This document shows, one piece after another, positions 27,656 through 36,976 of a stretch of 64,000 bases of DNA. The notes under the pieces were generated by a model. The model saw nothing but the letters and a program-made list of their open reading frames with translations, had not been told where the DNA came from and did no database searches. A program made the position numbers and the translations under genes. This stretch comes from a phage, in the sequence record PZ445444.1; one strand, written 5' to 3'. Within the stretch, counting starts at the first letter, position 1; each line of letters opens with the position of its first letter.

Positions 27656-28189
27656 CTACAAATGGTCGCTGAGGGTGTCAAGAAAATTATCCCGTTCTTT
27701 CTCAGAGTTTTCATGTGTGTAGCTGAAAAACATATCGAGAATAACCTTATTGATATATTCCAGCTCCTCTGTGTTCAGATGCTTAGCAGGATCTACAATG
27801 ACATCCCAAATATCATACAGACCACACTCATGATACCCATAACGCCACTCAATTGTCAAGCTGAGCGGCAAATCTTTACCTTCACAAACAACCTTCCATC
27901 TACATATGTTGGTATCTGGTCGTACCTGTGCACGGTAAACCTGCACAAAATCCAATTTGAATTTGAGGTACTCGTCATACAATTTAAGCACAAAGCTCTC
28001 GATTTGTGGAGACACTTTTGCAGCAAACTGTGCGTATTTGTACTTGCACTGGATGATCTTTCTACGTTTTGCAGTTAAATTTTTTGCCGCCAGTTGTTCT
28101 TCAGTGTATCTCCACCTACGATCAACAAACGCAACAGGGTCTTTGTCCCCATAGAGGTCTTCCCAGTTAATCAGAAGCATACCTGTCAC
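27656..28189 (-). CDS. hypothetical protein
   Basis: 177-aa ORF. Confidence 0.6.
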   Translation of the reverse strand: MTGMLLINWEDLYGDKDPVAFVDRRWRYTEEQLAAKNLTAKRRKIIQCKYKYAQFAAKVSPQIESFVLKLYDEYLKFKLDFVQVYRAQVRPDTNICRWKVVCEGKDLPLSLTIEWRYGYHECGLYDIWDVIVDPAKHLNTEELEYINKVILDMFFSYTHENSEKERDNFLDTLSDHL

Positions 28190-28419
28190 TCCTCCACAAC
28201 TTCAAGGCCTTTACCGCCTCGCTCTGGCAGATTACTTAAAGATAGGTAATACATATAATCAGGAGAGATCCTGCCAGACTCTGCACCTGCAGCTAGTAAA
28301 TCCTTCCCTTTAACCAGGACAACATTCTCGTTTGCAGATAGCCGTTTTGCTTCCACAATTTTACCAACACAGTCAACCAAGGAAGGGTACCCTAAATCTG
28401 TAAGAAATTTAACTTTCAT
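28186..28419 (-). CDS. hypothetical protein, MKVK small-protein family
   Basis: 77 aa, MKVKFLTDLGY...GKIV...DLLAAGA. Confidence 0.6.
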   Translation of the reverse strand: MKVKFLTDLGYPSLVDCVGKIVEAKRLSANENVVLVKGKDLLAAGAESGRISPDYMYYLSLSNLPERGGKGLEVVEE

Positions 28420-28456
28420 GCTACCTCCTACCTACCGTCCCTGGTAAGATAAATTA

Positions 28457-28855
28457 TTACTGAACAGAGCGCGGTGCTGGGAAGGATAACTCTTCTAAAG
28501 AGAAGATTTCATTTCCTACCACCCAAGTTGCTGGGTCATCTGGATCAATAGGTTGGATAATCATTACCTCATCCGCCTCGCACACACGTTTCCCACCCAT
28601 AGTAGCGTCAGCCACTAACATACGCGGCTCTTCAGAAATGCACAGGTAGCCACCTCGGCCCACTGTTCCTTCCACGGGATCCTGCCCTTTGACCACAATG
28701 AATACCTTCTCTCCTGTGGCGATATTACTTTTCACACTAACAGTTTGACCAACTTTAGATGTACCGACCTTGGTGGCTTCAAACATTAAATCCCGAATTA
28801 CTGTTGCATAGTTGCCGGACACTTTCTTACCTTCTTTAGTAATCTCAATCTTCAT
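28457..28855 (-). CDS. hypothetical protein
   Basis: 132-aa ORF. Confidence 0.6.
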   Translation of the reverse strand: MKIEITKEGKKVSGNYATVIRDLMFEATKVGTSKVGQTVSVKSNIATGEKVFIVVKGQDPVEGTVGRGGYLCISEEPRMLVADATMGGKRVCEADEVMIIQPIDPDDPATWVVGNEIFSLEELSFPAPRSVQ

Positions 28856-29124
28856 AATCTAGGCTCCTTAAATGAATCTATGTAATCAATTAAATCCCAA
28901 GCATCCCTATGACCTGTCAGAGGGTATACTTCTCCAAGAGGGATCATAGCAATAAGTCTATCAAAAACCCAATCTGGACGCAACATTTTATGGTGATACT
29001 CCCACTCACCTTCTACAGACTTTTTCTGAGTGATCAGGATCTCTGTGTAGTGTTTCGCCTGTCTTGAGTAGATTGAGAATGACTTGTACATAAATGGCCC
29101 CCTCTTGTTGAAAACAAAATACAC
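28852..29124 (-). CDS. hypothetical protein
   Basis: 90-aa ORF. Confidence 0.55.
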   Translation of the reverse strand: MYFVFNKRGPFMYKSFSIYSRQAKHYTEILITQKKSVEGEWEYHHKMLRPDWVFDRLIAMIPLGEVYPLTGHRDAWDLIDYIDSFKEPRL

Positions 29125-29126
29125 TA

Positions 29127-29411
29127 CTACCAGGTCACTGTCAAGTAGGCAACTGTGTTATTTTTCTCCGGAGAGATGCCAACAACATCCACCTGCAGAC
29201 CTCCTGCCCTCAAATCCCCAACAATGTGTGGGAAGTAGTCTGAGAGGTGTGATGGGAGATTTATCGAAAATCCACATCCCAGAAAGCCTGCTAACGCTTT
29301 ATTTTGTATCTCCCCAACAATCGCATCATAAATAGAGTTAAGCTCGTCAGGAAGCGTTACAGGACGTTTTAGCGCTAACTGGTGCAACTTGTCCTTAGCA
29401 CTCATTTTCAT
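29127..29411 (-). CDS. hypothetical protein
   Basis: 94 aa from ATG overlapping the methyltransferase stop (ATGA); the longer track ORF would overlap the upstream gene by 73 nt. Confidence 0.45.
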   Translation of the reverse strand: MKMSAKDKLHQLALKRPVTLPDELNSIYDAIVGEIQNKALAGFLGCGFSINLPSHLSDYFPHIVGDLRAGGLQVDVVGISPEKNNTVAYLTVTW

Positions 29412-29941
29412 TTCAAGTCTGCCTCTGGTGGTGCCAACCACATAAATGGCGGCAAGTCTAGACGGTTTTTCTTGTCCCATACAAAATATGCATATGCCTG
29501 CCCATCCGTTCTACCATTAGATTGGAATGACGGACGCTTAGATATTGTGATCACAGTGGTAGGTGCATTATCAAGCCACCATTCAAATCTGGCCTTGCTT
29601 TCCAGAAAATTAAGACGCAAAAGCATAATAACTACGTCGGCATCTTTCAACGCCTTGTCCACAAACTCACGAGCCAGGCTGTACGGCGGGTTGGTGATAA
29701 TACAGTCAACATGGTTGTATTCTGTATTCAGATAGTCAACACCTTCTTGGATTTCTCCCCATGCAGATCCTAACGGCATACGGGAGTAGAACACACCTGA
29801 GGCACTATTCCTGCAAGGCTCTAAGTAGGTCCAGTCTTCTGGGAACGGAATAAGGTCATACAGTCCTTCTGCACACCACTCCGGTGTCACATACTCATCG
29901 TAGGCGTTACGTTGTTCATCAGGTTTTCTAGCACAAGTCAT
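29408..29941 (-). CDS. small DNA methyltransferase-like protein (NPPY motif)
   Basis: 177 aa; catalytic-type motif IITNPPY. Confidence 0.55.
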   Translation of the reverse strand: MTCARKPDEQRNAYDEYVTPEWCAEGLYDLIPFPEDWTYLEPCRNSASGVFYSRMPLGSAWGEIQEGVDYLNTEYNHVDCIITNPPYSLAREFVDKALKDADVVIMLLRLNFLESKARFEWWLDNAPTTVITISKRPSFQSNGRTDGQAYAYFVWDKKNRLDLPPFMWLAPPEADLK

Positions 29942-29992
29942 GCAAATCTCCAGATCATAAAAGCCCTCCGAAGAGGGCTTTAGAATTAATGT

Positions 29993-31042
29993 TTAAGCTT
30001 CTTCGACAATTCCTGCACCCAGGATTTTTTCATTGAGCTCTTTTGCTGTTTTAATAATATTGTCCACAAGACGCTTGCGAGTCTTATCTTTCACCTTAAC
30101 CTCTTCACCGCCGTTCAGAGTAGTCTTCAATTGAGACAGAATATCCTGAAGTTCAACGACAGAGAATCTCTGCAGATCTTCTGAAGTAATCTCACCCAGG
30201 GCAATTCGGACGGTCTCGCCACTTTCCATCTGCAGATTCAGGAACACAGTGTGAACATCACCTTTCGAACCACCCGCTTTTGCAGATTCAACAGCATGAA
30301 CTAACTCATCTAAAGATGTGCACTGATGAATCTCCGGAAGACCTGCTTCACCTAACACGCCTTCTTCATCACCTTTTGCCAGAAGCTTTTTCGGTTTTTG
30401 TCCGTTCTGGATGCGTTGTATGTTGCCTTCATCCAGAATAATAGCTCCAGTGCGTGCTGCCAACTCTTCTCCGTCCAACCACACTTCGCCACCAGCTGTG
30501 ATGGATGCGATCTCATCTTCTGTCAGCACCCCACCGTAGTATTTTTCGATCAGGTGTTCAAAATGTTTTTTCCAGTAGCTGACCTGAGTATTCATGTTAA
30601 CACCGTTACCATAAGTGCCACCTTGATAGTAGTGGAACATAAATTCTGTGTCCGGAGCCACAGTACGTTCTTTGCAACCAAGCCATAAGATTGTTCCAGC
30701 AGAGCAGCACATCCCTTCAGCATGTGCAACAACGCTTGCCTGAGACTCGCGGAATGCCTGCAGATAGGCCATTGCAATGTGCACGCAACCACCAGGGCTA
30801 TTGATGATCACACGAATGCTTTCTTCCGGCTGAGCCATACGGATCGTCTGCAGACGAGACATATGATCCTGCAGGTCCTCCAAATCGTCGATATAAAGAA
30901 CGTGGTCAACAACAGGTGTTGGGTAGCTGTATGTTTCCATGATACCGCCCGGCATACCAAACATTTTATTACTCATAGGTTCGAAACCGTTCTGTTTTTC
31001 TTTCATGCCGTGTACCATGGTGCTGCGAGGTGTTAAATTCAT
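29993..31042 (-). CDS. ClpP-like (S14 family) serine protease with C-terminal extension
   Basis: 349 aa; INSPGG oxyanion-hole motif, GMCCSAG serine motif, downstream His; AAGGA RBS. Confidence 0.7.
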   Translation of the reverse strand: MNLTPRSTMVHGMKEKQNGFEPMSNKMFGMPGGIMETYSYPTPVVDHVLYIDDLEDLQDHMSRLQTIRMAQPEESIRVIINSPGGCVHIAMAYLQAFRESQASVVAHAEGMCCSAGTILWLGCKERTVAPDTEFMFHYYQGGTYGNGVNMNTQVSYWKKHFEHLIEKYYGGVLTEDEIASITAGGEVWLDGEELAARTGAIILDEGNIQRIQNGQKPKKLLAKGDEEGVLGEAGLPEIHQCTSLDELVHAVESAKAGGSKGDVHTVFLNLQMESGETVRIALGEITSEDLQRFSVVELQDILSQLKTTLNGGEEVKVKDKTRKRLVDNIIKTAKELNEKILGAGIVEEA

Positions 31043-31102
31043 GAGAAATCCTTAATATTGGAAGTTGAAAGCTATTTATTTAAACCTGATTCACATTTAC
31101 CT

Positions 31103-31414
31103 TTATTTAGCAATCACTATGGAGTACTTACGATTGTCAGAAGCATCACAACTCAATGATTGCCAATCTACCACATACCACGTATCATTGTCAACAATTA
31201 CTTTATCGCCTGTTCTGTAGCAAGTGCTGCTTTCAATAATTCGAGACTCGATAAAGAATCTGTGTCGGCGCTCACGTAGCAACGCTAAGTTGATTATATT
31301 ACCACCGCTGTCCTTGATCCACACATTCTTGGATCCTTTATTTGCCAAAATTGTCTCGCCGTTATAGACAAACAGGCAGTATATTTTATTCAGTCTCTCT
31401 TGTATTGTAGCCAT
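31103..31414 (-). CDS. hypothetical protein
   Basis: 103-aa ORF. Confidence 0.5.
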   Translation of the reverse strand: MATIQERLNKIYCLFVYNGETILANKGSKNVWIKDSGGNIINLALLRERRHRFFIESRIIESSTCYRTGDKVIVDNDTWYVVDWQSLSCDASDNRKYSIVIAK

Positions 31415-31517
31415 ACTATCTCCTTCTCCTTGTCTTGTCCGATAATAATATCTAAAGCTTACCTGTTTGTCAACAACTGTTTTAGATATTTAAGGGTGGA
31501 ATAACCACCCTTCTGTA

Positions 31518-32306
31518 TTACTCGGAAACAGGGGTCCAAATATGATTTGCACGATCCTCAATAAGATTGAGTGCGATTTGACGACCCAACCCGGAACGAA
31601 CGACATCGTCTGGACTATCAAAGCTGATCATTCCAACCTCAGGATCTGGATGACGAGTAAAGAAATCCGTCACCCATGCAAGGCCAGATTTACCAGGGAT
31701 GTCACGTTGGCTATTATCACCCATAATTACAAGGGTGGCTTGATCAGAGATCCTTGTGATAATTGACAACATTTCTTCAGGGTTAGTTTGCTGTGCCTCG
31801 TCAATCAGGACAAAGCATCGCTCATCGAAACTACGACCACGAATGCTTTCAACTTCACAAATCTCGATACGACTGTTCTGACCGTCTCCCAGCATTGCGG
31901 CAAAAGCACCTTTGCCAACACGACGACAAATCGTGTCCATCATGCTTCGAAGATAGGGCCACAGTTTCTGCATTGCATTTCCGGGTTTAAATCCTGAAGT
32001 CTTTCCTGTCTGGACGTAAGGACGTGCAACAATGATCTTATCAATCTCGTTCTTACGCAGAAGATCACCTGCATATGCAGATGCCATAAATGTCTTACCG
32101 GATCCAAACACACCGTTTACAATAATAATCTTACGTGACCCTAGATAATCAAGATACTTTTGCTGCTTCTTATTCATTGGTCGGAGAGCTGGAGCGGTGT
32201 GCTCTCTTTCGTCAGCAAATTTCTCAGCAGCCTTACGCAGGCGATCAGATTTGCGAGCCTCTCTAGCTTCATCACGCATGCGTTTTGTTTCTTTAGCTCG
32301 ACCCAT
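31518..32306 (-). CDS. phoH: PhoH-family ATPase
   Basis: 262 aa; Walker A GVFGSGKTF, PhoH-like layout. Confidence 0.85.
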   Translation of the reverse strand: MGRAKETKRMRDEAREARKSDRLRKAAEKFADEREHTAPALRPMNKKQQKYLDYLGSRKIIIVNGVFGSGKTFMASAYAGDLLRKNEIDKIIVARPYVQTGKTSGFKPGNAMQKLWPYLRSMMDTICRRVGKGAFAAMLGDGQNSRIEICEVESIRGRSFDERCFVLIDEAQQTNPEEMLSIITRISDQATLVIMGDNSQRDIPGKSGLAWVTDFFTRHPDPEVGMISFDSPDDVVRSGLGRQIALNLIEDRANHIWTPVSE

Positions 32307-32344
32307 GTTGGGACTCCTTTCAGATTGAGATGTGCCAAGTACTT

Positions 32345-32695
32345 TTACTGCAACAGTTTTTCAATAGCCGCTTCCATGCTGCTTGCAACAGCCTGAACTC
32401 GGATATTCATCTCTTCTTGGTGGATCAGCTCCTTAAGCTCTTTAATGGTAAATTCTTTAGAGAAACCTTCCACCATAATCTTGTGTAAGTCTTCTTGCGT
32501 ATCTACTTGCAAGAACTTTTCCAGTTTGTTGGCAGAGGCTTCTAAATCAGCTCGAATACGAGGATCATCTGTGCGATTCAGCATTAGGCGTAAGCCATCA
32601 AGATTAGTAGAAATAGCGTCTGCATGTTGAGTAACTAACCGTGGCAAAATGAGATCTACAAACTTATTAGCCAAATCGATACGTTCTTGTGTCAC
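32345..32695 (-). CDS. hypothetical protein
   Basis: 116-aa ORF, GTG start overlapping upstream stop. Confidence 0.5.
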   Translation of the reverse strand: MTQERIDLANKFVDLILPRLVTQHADAISTNLDGLRLMLNRTDDPRIRADLEASANKLEKFLQVDTQEDLHKIMVEGFSKEFTIKELKELIHQEEMNIRVQAVASSMEAAIEKLLQ

Positions 32696-32805
32696 TGTTG
32701 CACCCCCTCTTCATCTTCATGATGTTTCTTTTCACGCTTGTGTTTTTTCTTAAGCTCAAGCGCAATCTCTTTCTTGTACGCCTTCTTCAAGGCTTTTTTA
32801 GCCAT
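32692..32805 (-). CDS. small lysine-rich basic protein
   Basis: 37-aa ORF MAKKALKKAYKKEIALELKKKHKREKKHHEDEEGVQQ with strong GAGGAGGTG RBS. Confidence 0.35.
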   Translation of the reverse strand: MAKKALKKAYKKEIALELKKKHKREKKHHEDEEGVQQ

Positions 32806-32867
32806 TTGGCACCTCCTCTGCTTTCATTACGACAATTATAACCGACTTAACAAAGCTTTGTCAACGA

Positions 32868-33341
32868 TTAGTCAACCTGAACCCAACCATCTGCTACCTT
32901 TTTAAACATTCTTTGGTTATCACTGCCTCTAAAGGGTTTTTTGGTGGGGTTATCTTTTTCGTACTTACCGTCCATAATGTAATCAACACTATCTTTAATG
33001 TAATCGGGGACTTCTTCAAACAAATACCCTGTGTACACCCAGATAGTTTTTGTGTTGCCGAAGCGTTCACGGATAGCGCAAATGATTGAATACATACCAT
33101 CAATATTGTAAGGCGCTAAAGGCTCTCCACCGCATAATGTAACGCCGGTAATATGGTTTGGTTCTATAGAGCTAAGTATGCTCTCGATTGTGTCATTTGT
33201 TAACGGTTCCCCTTTAGCGGGTGACCAAACACTTTTGTTTTGGCAACCAACGCAGTGATGTGGACAACCAGAACAGAACACCGTTGTCCTAATGCCTGGG
33301 CCGTCAACCATACTACACTCTATAATATTAACAACATTCAT
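32868..33341 (-). CDS. nrdG: anaerobic ribonucleotide reductase activating protein (radical SAM)
   Basis: 157 aa; N-terminal Cys cluster CSGCPHHCVGC and GGEP motif. Confidence 0.8.
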   Translation of the reverse strand: MNVVNIIECSMVDGPGIRTTVFCSGCPHHCVGCQNKSVWSPAKGEPLTNDTIESILSSIEPNHITGVTLCGGEPLAPYNIDGMYSIICAIRERFGNTKTIWVYTGYLFEEVPDYIKDSVDYIMDGKYEKDNPTKKPFRGSDNQRMFKKVADGWVQVD

Positions 33342-33573
33342 TCCTTATCCTCTTTGAGGTAGGGATATTCAGGCCACAATAAGCTCGATCTAAGAAAACA
33401 GCTTCTTCCCCTCTGGAATCGGTAGATCTATAATACCCATCACCATGGTAACTAACGAACCAGTAGCACCCATCATCGCTTTCCACTGTTGTGGCTCTGT
33501 CCGAATGAAAGATAATTTCGTAATCCTTACCGAGTGTAAACCATCTGTTAGCTTTTACACAGACACCTATCAT
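33328..33573 (-). CDS. hypothetical protein
   Basis: 81-aa ORF. Confidence 0.45.
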   Translation of the reverse strand: MIGVCVKANRWFTLGKDYEIIFHSDRATTVESDDGCYWFVSYHGDGYYRSTDSRGEEAVFLDRAYCGLNIPTSKRIRNECC

Positions 33574-33724
33574 AAGTAACCTCTCTTCTGTGGTGCGCTT
33601 CTATTCAAGATAGACCTATAAAAGTCCATTTGATGAAGCCGTATAACTTTTTATACTTACACTTCAGTGCTAACAATTTTATCTTGATTTTCTTGATAGA
33701 TTTCCGCATTTCGACCCCTTATGC

Positions 33725-33841
33725 TTATAAGTACTCCGCGTCGCATTCAGGACAATGCCAAATAAAATCGTCCAGTGCCTTGCACCAACGAAGATTGCAA
33801 CGACAACCACACTTGCAAATTTTATAAATGCCTGATGACAT
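33725..33841 (-). CDS. small Cys-rich zinc-ribbon protein
   Basis: 38-aa ORF with AAGGAGGTG RBS; CKCGCRC...CPEC. Confidence 0.4.
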   Translation of the reverse strand: MSSGIYKICKCGCRCNLRWCKALDDFIWHCPECDAEYL

Positions 33842-33889
33842 GCTGCACCTCCTTTAGTTTATACCATGTTTAAAGGTTGATATATGGCT

Positions 33890-34882
33890 CTACAGGCTAT
33901 TACCTGTCCTATGTTTACAACAAATCTCTCTATGCGCTGATTCTACCATACTGAACACTTCAGGTCTGTAGTTAAAGAATTCGGTACTACCATCAAATTT
34001 TACAGGGAAGTTTATTTTATATTTACTGAAGGCTTTGTGCACAGATTTTTCTACAGCCAGCATGTTTTCAGTTGATCCTTCCAACGTTTTCACTATGTGA
34101 AGATCGCGGATACTAGCTCCAGATCTTTGTGCACTTTTAAGTATCTGGTCTCTTCGCTTACTTTCATTATGACTGACCCCTATTTTCATAAATGTAGGCA
34201 CTTCTGGATCATCAACCATAATGTAGAGTTTTCCGTTATCGTGTGATAAAAATCCTGTTTTAGCACATCTAGGGCAAGCATGTCCCTGCTTAAGACTGCT
34301 TGGTACGGTTAACCATGTGTGGCTACAATTTTTACAGCAGCACAGGACTTTCTTATCCCACCTAATAATTTCTTCCAATATCTCAACATAAGGATTTCTA
34401 CTTCTTATGGACTCAACCCACTTTTCGTGTGGTGATGTTTTACTTTGTGAGATTCTTGACCCCTTACAAACTGGACAACCTCTTTTCAAATTTATATGGT
34501 TATCAGGTGTCTGTGTAAAGTGATTTCCACAAGTGTTGCAGATTATTTCTACCCTGTCTTTGCAAGTCTTGTAGTATACGAGAGAGTAGTCATATTTATC
34601 TCCATGGATTTCTTTGGCCCTTTCTACAAATTTAAGACCTTTATTACACTTTGCAGCACGAGAAAGTTTTGCACAAAAAGGACAACCACGACCTTGCAAG
34701 TGTTTACAAGGTGCTTGCATAAAATCCCCATGGATTTGGCAGGTAATGCAAACCTTCGCATAGCAATCCACGTACACTGTTTTCGTGTAATCGTATTTAT
34801 AACCGTGAATGATTTTCGCCTTCTCTATAAACTCTTCTGTTGATAATTTAGCCATTTCTTGTTTCCTAACTTCTCTAAACAT
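33890..34882 (-). CDS. T5orf172-domain (GIY-YIG-like) protein with tandem N-terminal zinc-ribbon repeats; putative homing endonuclease
   Basis: 330 aa; two repeats of HG-KYDYS...C..C...GCP.C; C-terminal GKLYIMVDDPEVPTFMKIGVSHN...R matches my recollection of the T5orf172 domain. Confidence 0.6.
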   Translation of the reverse strand: MFREVRKQEMAKLSTEEFIEKAKIIHGYKYDYTKTVYVDCYAKVCITCQIHGDFMQAPCKHLQGRGCPFCAKLSRAAKCNKGLKFVERAKEIHGDKYDYSLVYYKTCKDRVEIICNTCGNHFTQTPDNHINLKRGCPVCKGSRISQSKTSPHEKWVESIRSRNPYVEILEEIIRWDKKVLCCCKNCSHTWLTVPSSLKQGHACPRCAKTGFLSHDNGKLYIMVDDPEVPTFMKIGVSHNESKRRDQILKSAQRSGASIRDLHIVKTLEGSTENMLAVEKSVHKAFSKYKINFPVKFDGSTEFFNYRPEVFSMVESAHREICCKHRTGNSL

Positions 34883-34919
34883 CTGTATAGTGCCACATCC
34901 TTGTGGCTTTTGTCAAGTA

Positions 34920-36164
34920 TCAGCAACTACAACTTCCATAGTGCTTAACTCGCTCGATAACTTCCGCTTGCTTACCTTTATTGTAAGGACGGGAGTTAGG
35001 ACTGGAAAGGTATCCAGACACACGTCGAATTACACTGATCGTTCCCTCTTCATGGTTTCCACACTCTGGGCATACAAAGCCTTTAGCTGTTGCACTGAAC
35101 TCACCAGAGAAACCACACTTGAGACATTTATCCACAGGTTGGTTAATACCAAAATACATAATGTGTTTATACCCGAAGTCAACAAGAGCCTCTAAAGCAT
35201 CCAGGTTGTTTTTCAGGTTGGGTGTTTCTACGTATCCGATGTTGCCACCAGAGGAGATCATAGCAAAACCTTCCTCATACTCCCACTTATCAAAAGGAGA
35301 GCTATTTATCCATACTGGCTGATGGAAACTGTTGGTGAGATATTCATGCTCGTGCTTCAACACTTCCGGATATTCACGATCCAGACAGGTTGCAGCTTTA
35401 TAGCATAGACTCTCAGAAGGAGTGCCGTACAAGCTAAATGCTAGTCTACTTTCCTTCTTGTATCGCTCACAAGCATCTCTCATGTGCTGAAGGATTCCAA
35501 GAGCTAAAGCCTTGTCACCCTCTCTGCCCAAAATCTGACAGGTTTCATACACACCGATATACCCAATACTGATGGAAGCGTACCCGTCATAGAAGAGTTT
35601 ATCAATACTCTCTTCAGGATCCAGGCGAGCAAGAGCGCCTTCACACCACATGATGGGGTTCTGCCCTGCCTTTGTTCCTTTTAGACGATTAACCCTTACA
35701 AGGTGAGCCTCGTATGCAAGATCCAAGTATTCGTCAAGAACTGCAAAGAAATCAACACCTTCAGTCTTGGCTTTTGCCGCAATCATTGGCAGGTTAAGGC
35801 TAACAACGCCTAAGTTAAATCTGCCAAGGTATTTCTCCTCGCCTGTTTCCAAGTCATTGTATTTGCTAAGAAAACTCCTGCAACCCATGCTAGTTACTTT
35901 GCCATCTGTCGAGCCTGTCACTTTTCTATTTAGTGGTACAGATACGAAGTCAGGATAGATACGTTCTGCACAGCATTCCAGAGCTAATCGTTTCAAATCA
36001 TAGTTAGGATCCCCAGGGTTCATGTTGACACCCTCTTCCAGGAAGAACAGCACTTTAGGGAACACAGGTGTGATACGTTCTTCACCAAGACCCATTTTGT
36101 GGACTTTCAGGTAGTTTTTGGTAATCATTCTACCAAAGACCGAGGTATCCAGTCCTAAACTCAA
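34920..36164 (-). CDS. nrdD: anaerobic ribonucleoside-triphosphate reductase, C-terminal part
   Basis: 414 aa; NLGVVSLNLP motif, C-terminal zinc site CLKCG...CPECG and glycyl-radical motif RRVSGYL. Confidence 0.8.
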   Translation of the reverse strand: MSLGLDTSVFGRMITKNYLKVHKMGLGEERITPVFPKVLFFLEEGVNMNPGDPNYDLKRLALECCAERIYPDFVSVPLNRKVTGSTDGKVTSMGCRSFLSKYNDLETGEEKYLGRFNLGVVSLNLPMIAAKAKTEGVDFFAVLDEYLDLAYEAHLVRVNRLKGTKAGQNPIMWCEGALARLDPEESIDKLFYDGYASISIGYIGVYETCQILGREGDKALALGILQHMRDACERYKKESRLAFSLYGTPSESLCYKAATCLDREYPEVLKHEHEYLTNSFHQPVWINSSPFDKWEYEEGFAMISSGGNIGYVETPNLKNNLDALEALVDFGYKHIMYFGINQPVDKCLKCGFSGEFSATAKGFVCPECGNHEEGTISVIRRVSGYLSSPNSRPYNKGKQAEVIERVKHYGSCSC

Positions 36165-36976
36165 TGTGATGAATGGAGTCTGCTGTCTCCTCCCTGTGTT
36201 TCCACAGGGCCAGACTATCTCTTACTCTACTTCAATAAGATAATAACCCTTTATTGTGAGATGCTTACCTTCGGCATTTCCTTCGATAGCCCTATGAACG
36301 TTACCTACGTTCAAATTTAAGGCTTTTGCACAGGCATAGAGTGAAGGATATTCACCCACCAAGGTTTTCCCTTTGTATGCCTGCACTTTCCTATAGCACT
36401 TACCTGGACAAAGTCCTGTTCGGAAAGCATGTCTCTTATTATCTTCCGGCAAAACCCACTCTAGGTTAGACGGATGATCATTCAATGTATTGCCATCTTT
36501 ATGATTCACTTCCCAGTTTTCAGGGTCTTCTGGGACATCCGGCAAACAATACAAGGCAACAATCCTTGAGGTTTGGATTCGAATCTTTTTACCTTTGTGG
36601 TTGAAAGAGTACATATAACGGCGTTTAACATGCTTGTTACCTTTTCCATAACCTCCCCACAATATTGGGTGTAGCATTCCACGTTTTCCGTATACGTTTC
36701 CAACCTCATCAATCACATAGTTTGATTCTTCACCATTAAGAATGATCTTTTTCATAGAGCCTCTCCATTTCGAAGTTAGTATTTCAACTAACCCCTACAC
36801 TACTTGGTTCAGAAATGTTTGTCAAGCATCTCTGCCTTTCGTTAGTCGTTACAACCGTTCCAACTCCTGTAAGAACTAGTCACGGGATTGGCATAGCTTT
36901 CGCCTTAGCGTTCCCCGTTAGCCGGATTTACCGACCCCTCTTATGAGGTTAGGAGAGTTTTACAACGGCCAGTTTG
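36165..36976 (-). mobile_element. insertion splitting nrdD: probable group I intron carrying an HNH homing-endonuclease ORF
   Basis: about 810 bp between the two nrdD ORFs; flanks are non-AT-rich and non-coding. Confidence 0.5.
36222..36755 (-). CDS. HNH homing endonuclease
   Basis: 177 aa; HNH motif region NHKDGNTLNDHPSNLEW. Confidence 0.75.
   Translation of the reverse strand: MKKIILNGEESNYVIDEVGNVYGKRGMLHPILWGGYGKGNKHVKRRYMYSFNHKGKKIRIQTSRIVALYCLPDVPEDPENWEVNHKDGNTLNDHPSNLEWVLPEDNKRHAFRTGLCPGKCYRKVQAYKGKTLVGEYPSLYACAKALNLNVGNVHRAIEGNAEGKHLTIKGYYLIEVE

Noticed and set aside
30398-31036. Plus-strand ORFs antisense to the ClpP-like gene (30398-30688, 30722-31036), and similar antisense ORFs inside nrdA, nrdD, thyX, the ligase and others
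   Set aside because: They lie entirely within longer ORFs with recognisable motifs on the opposite strand and lack RBSs
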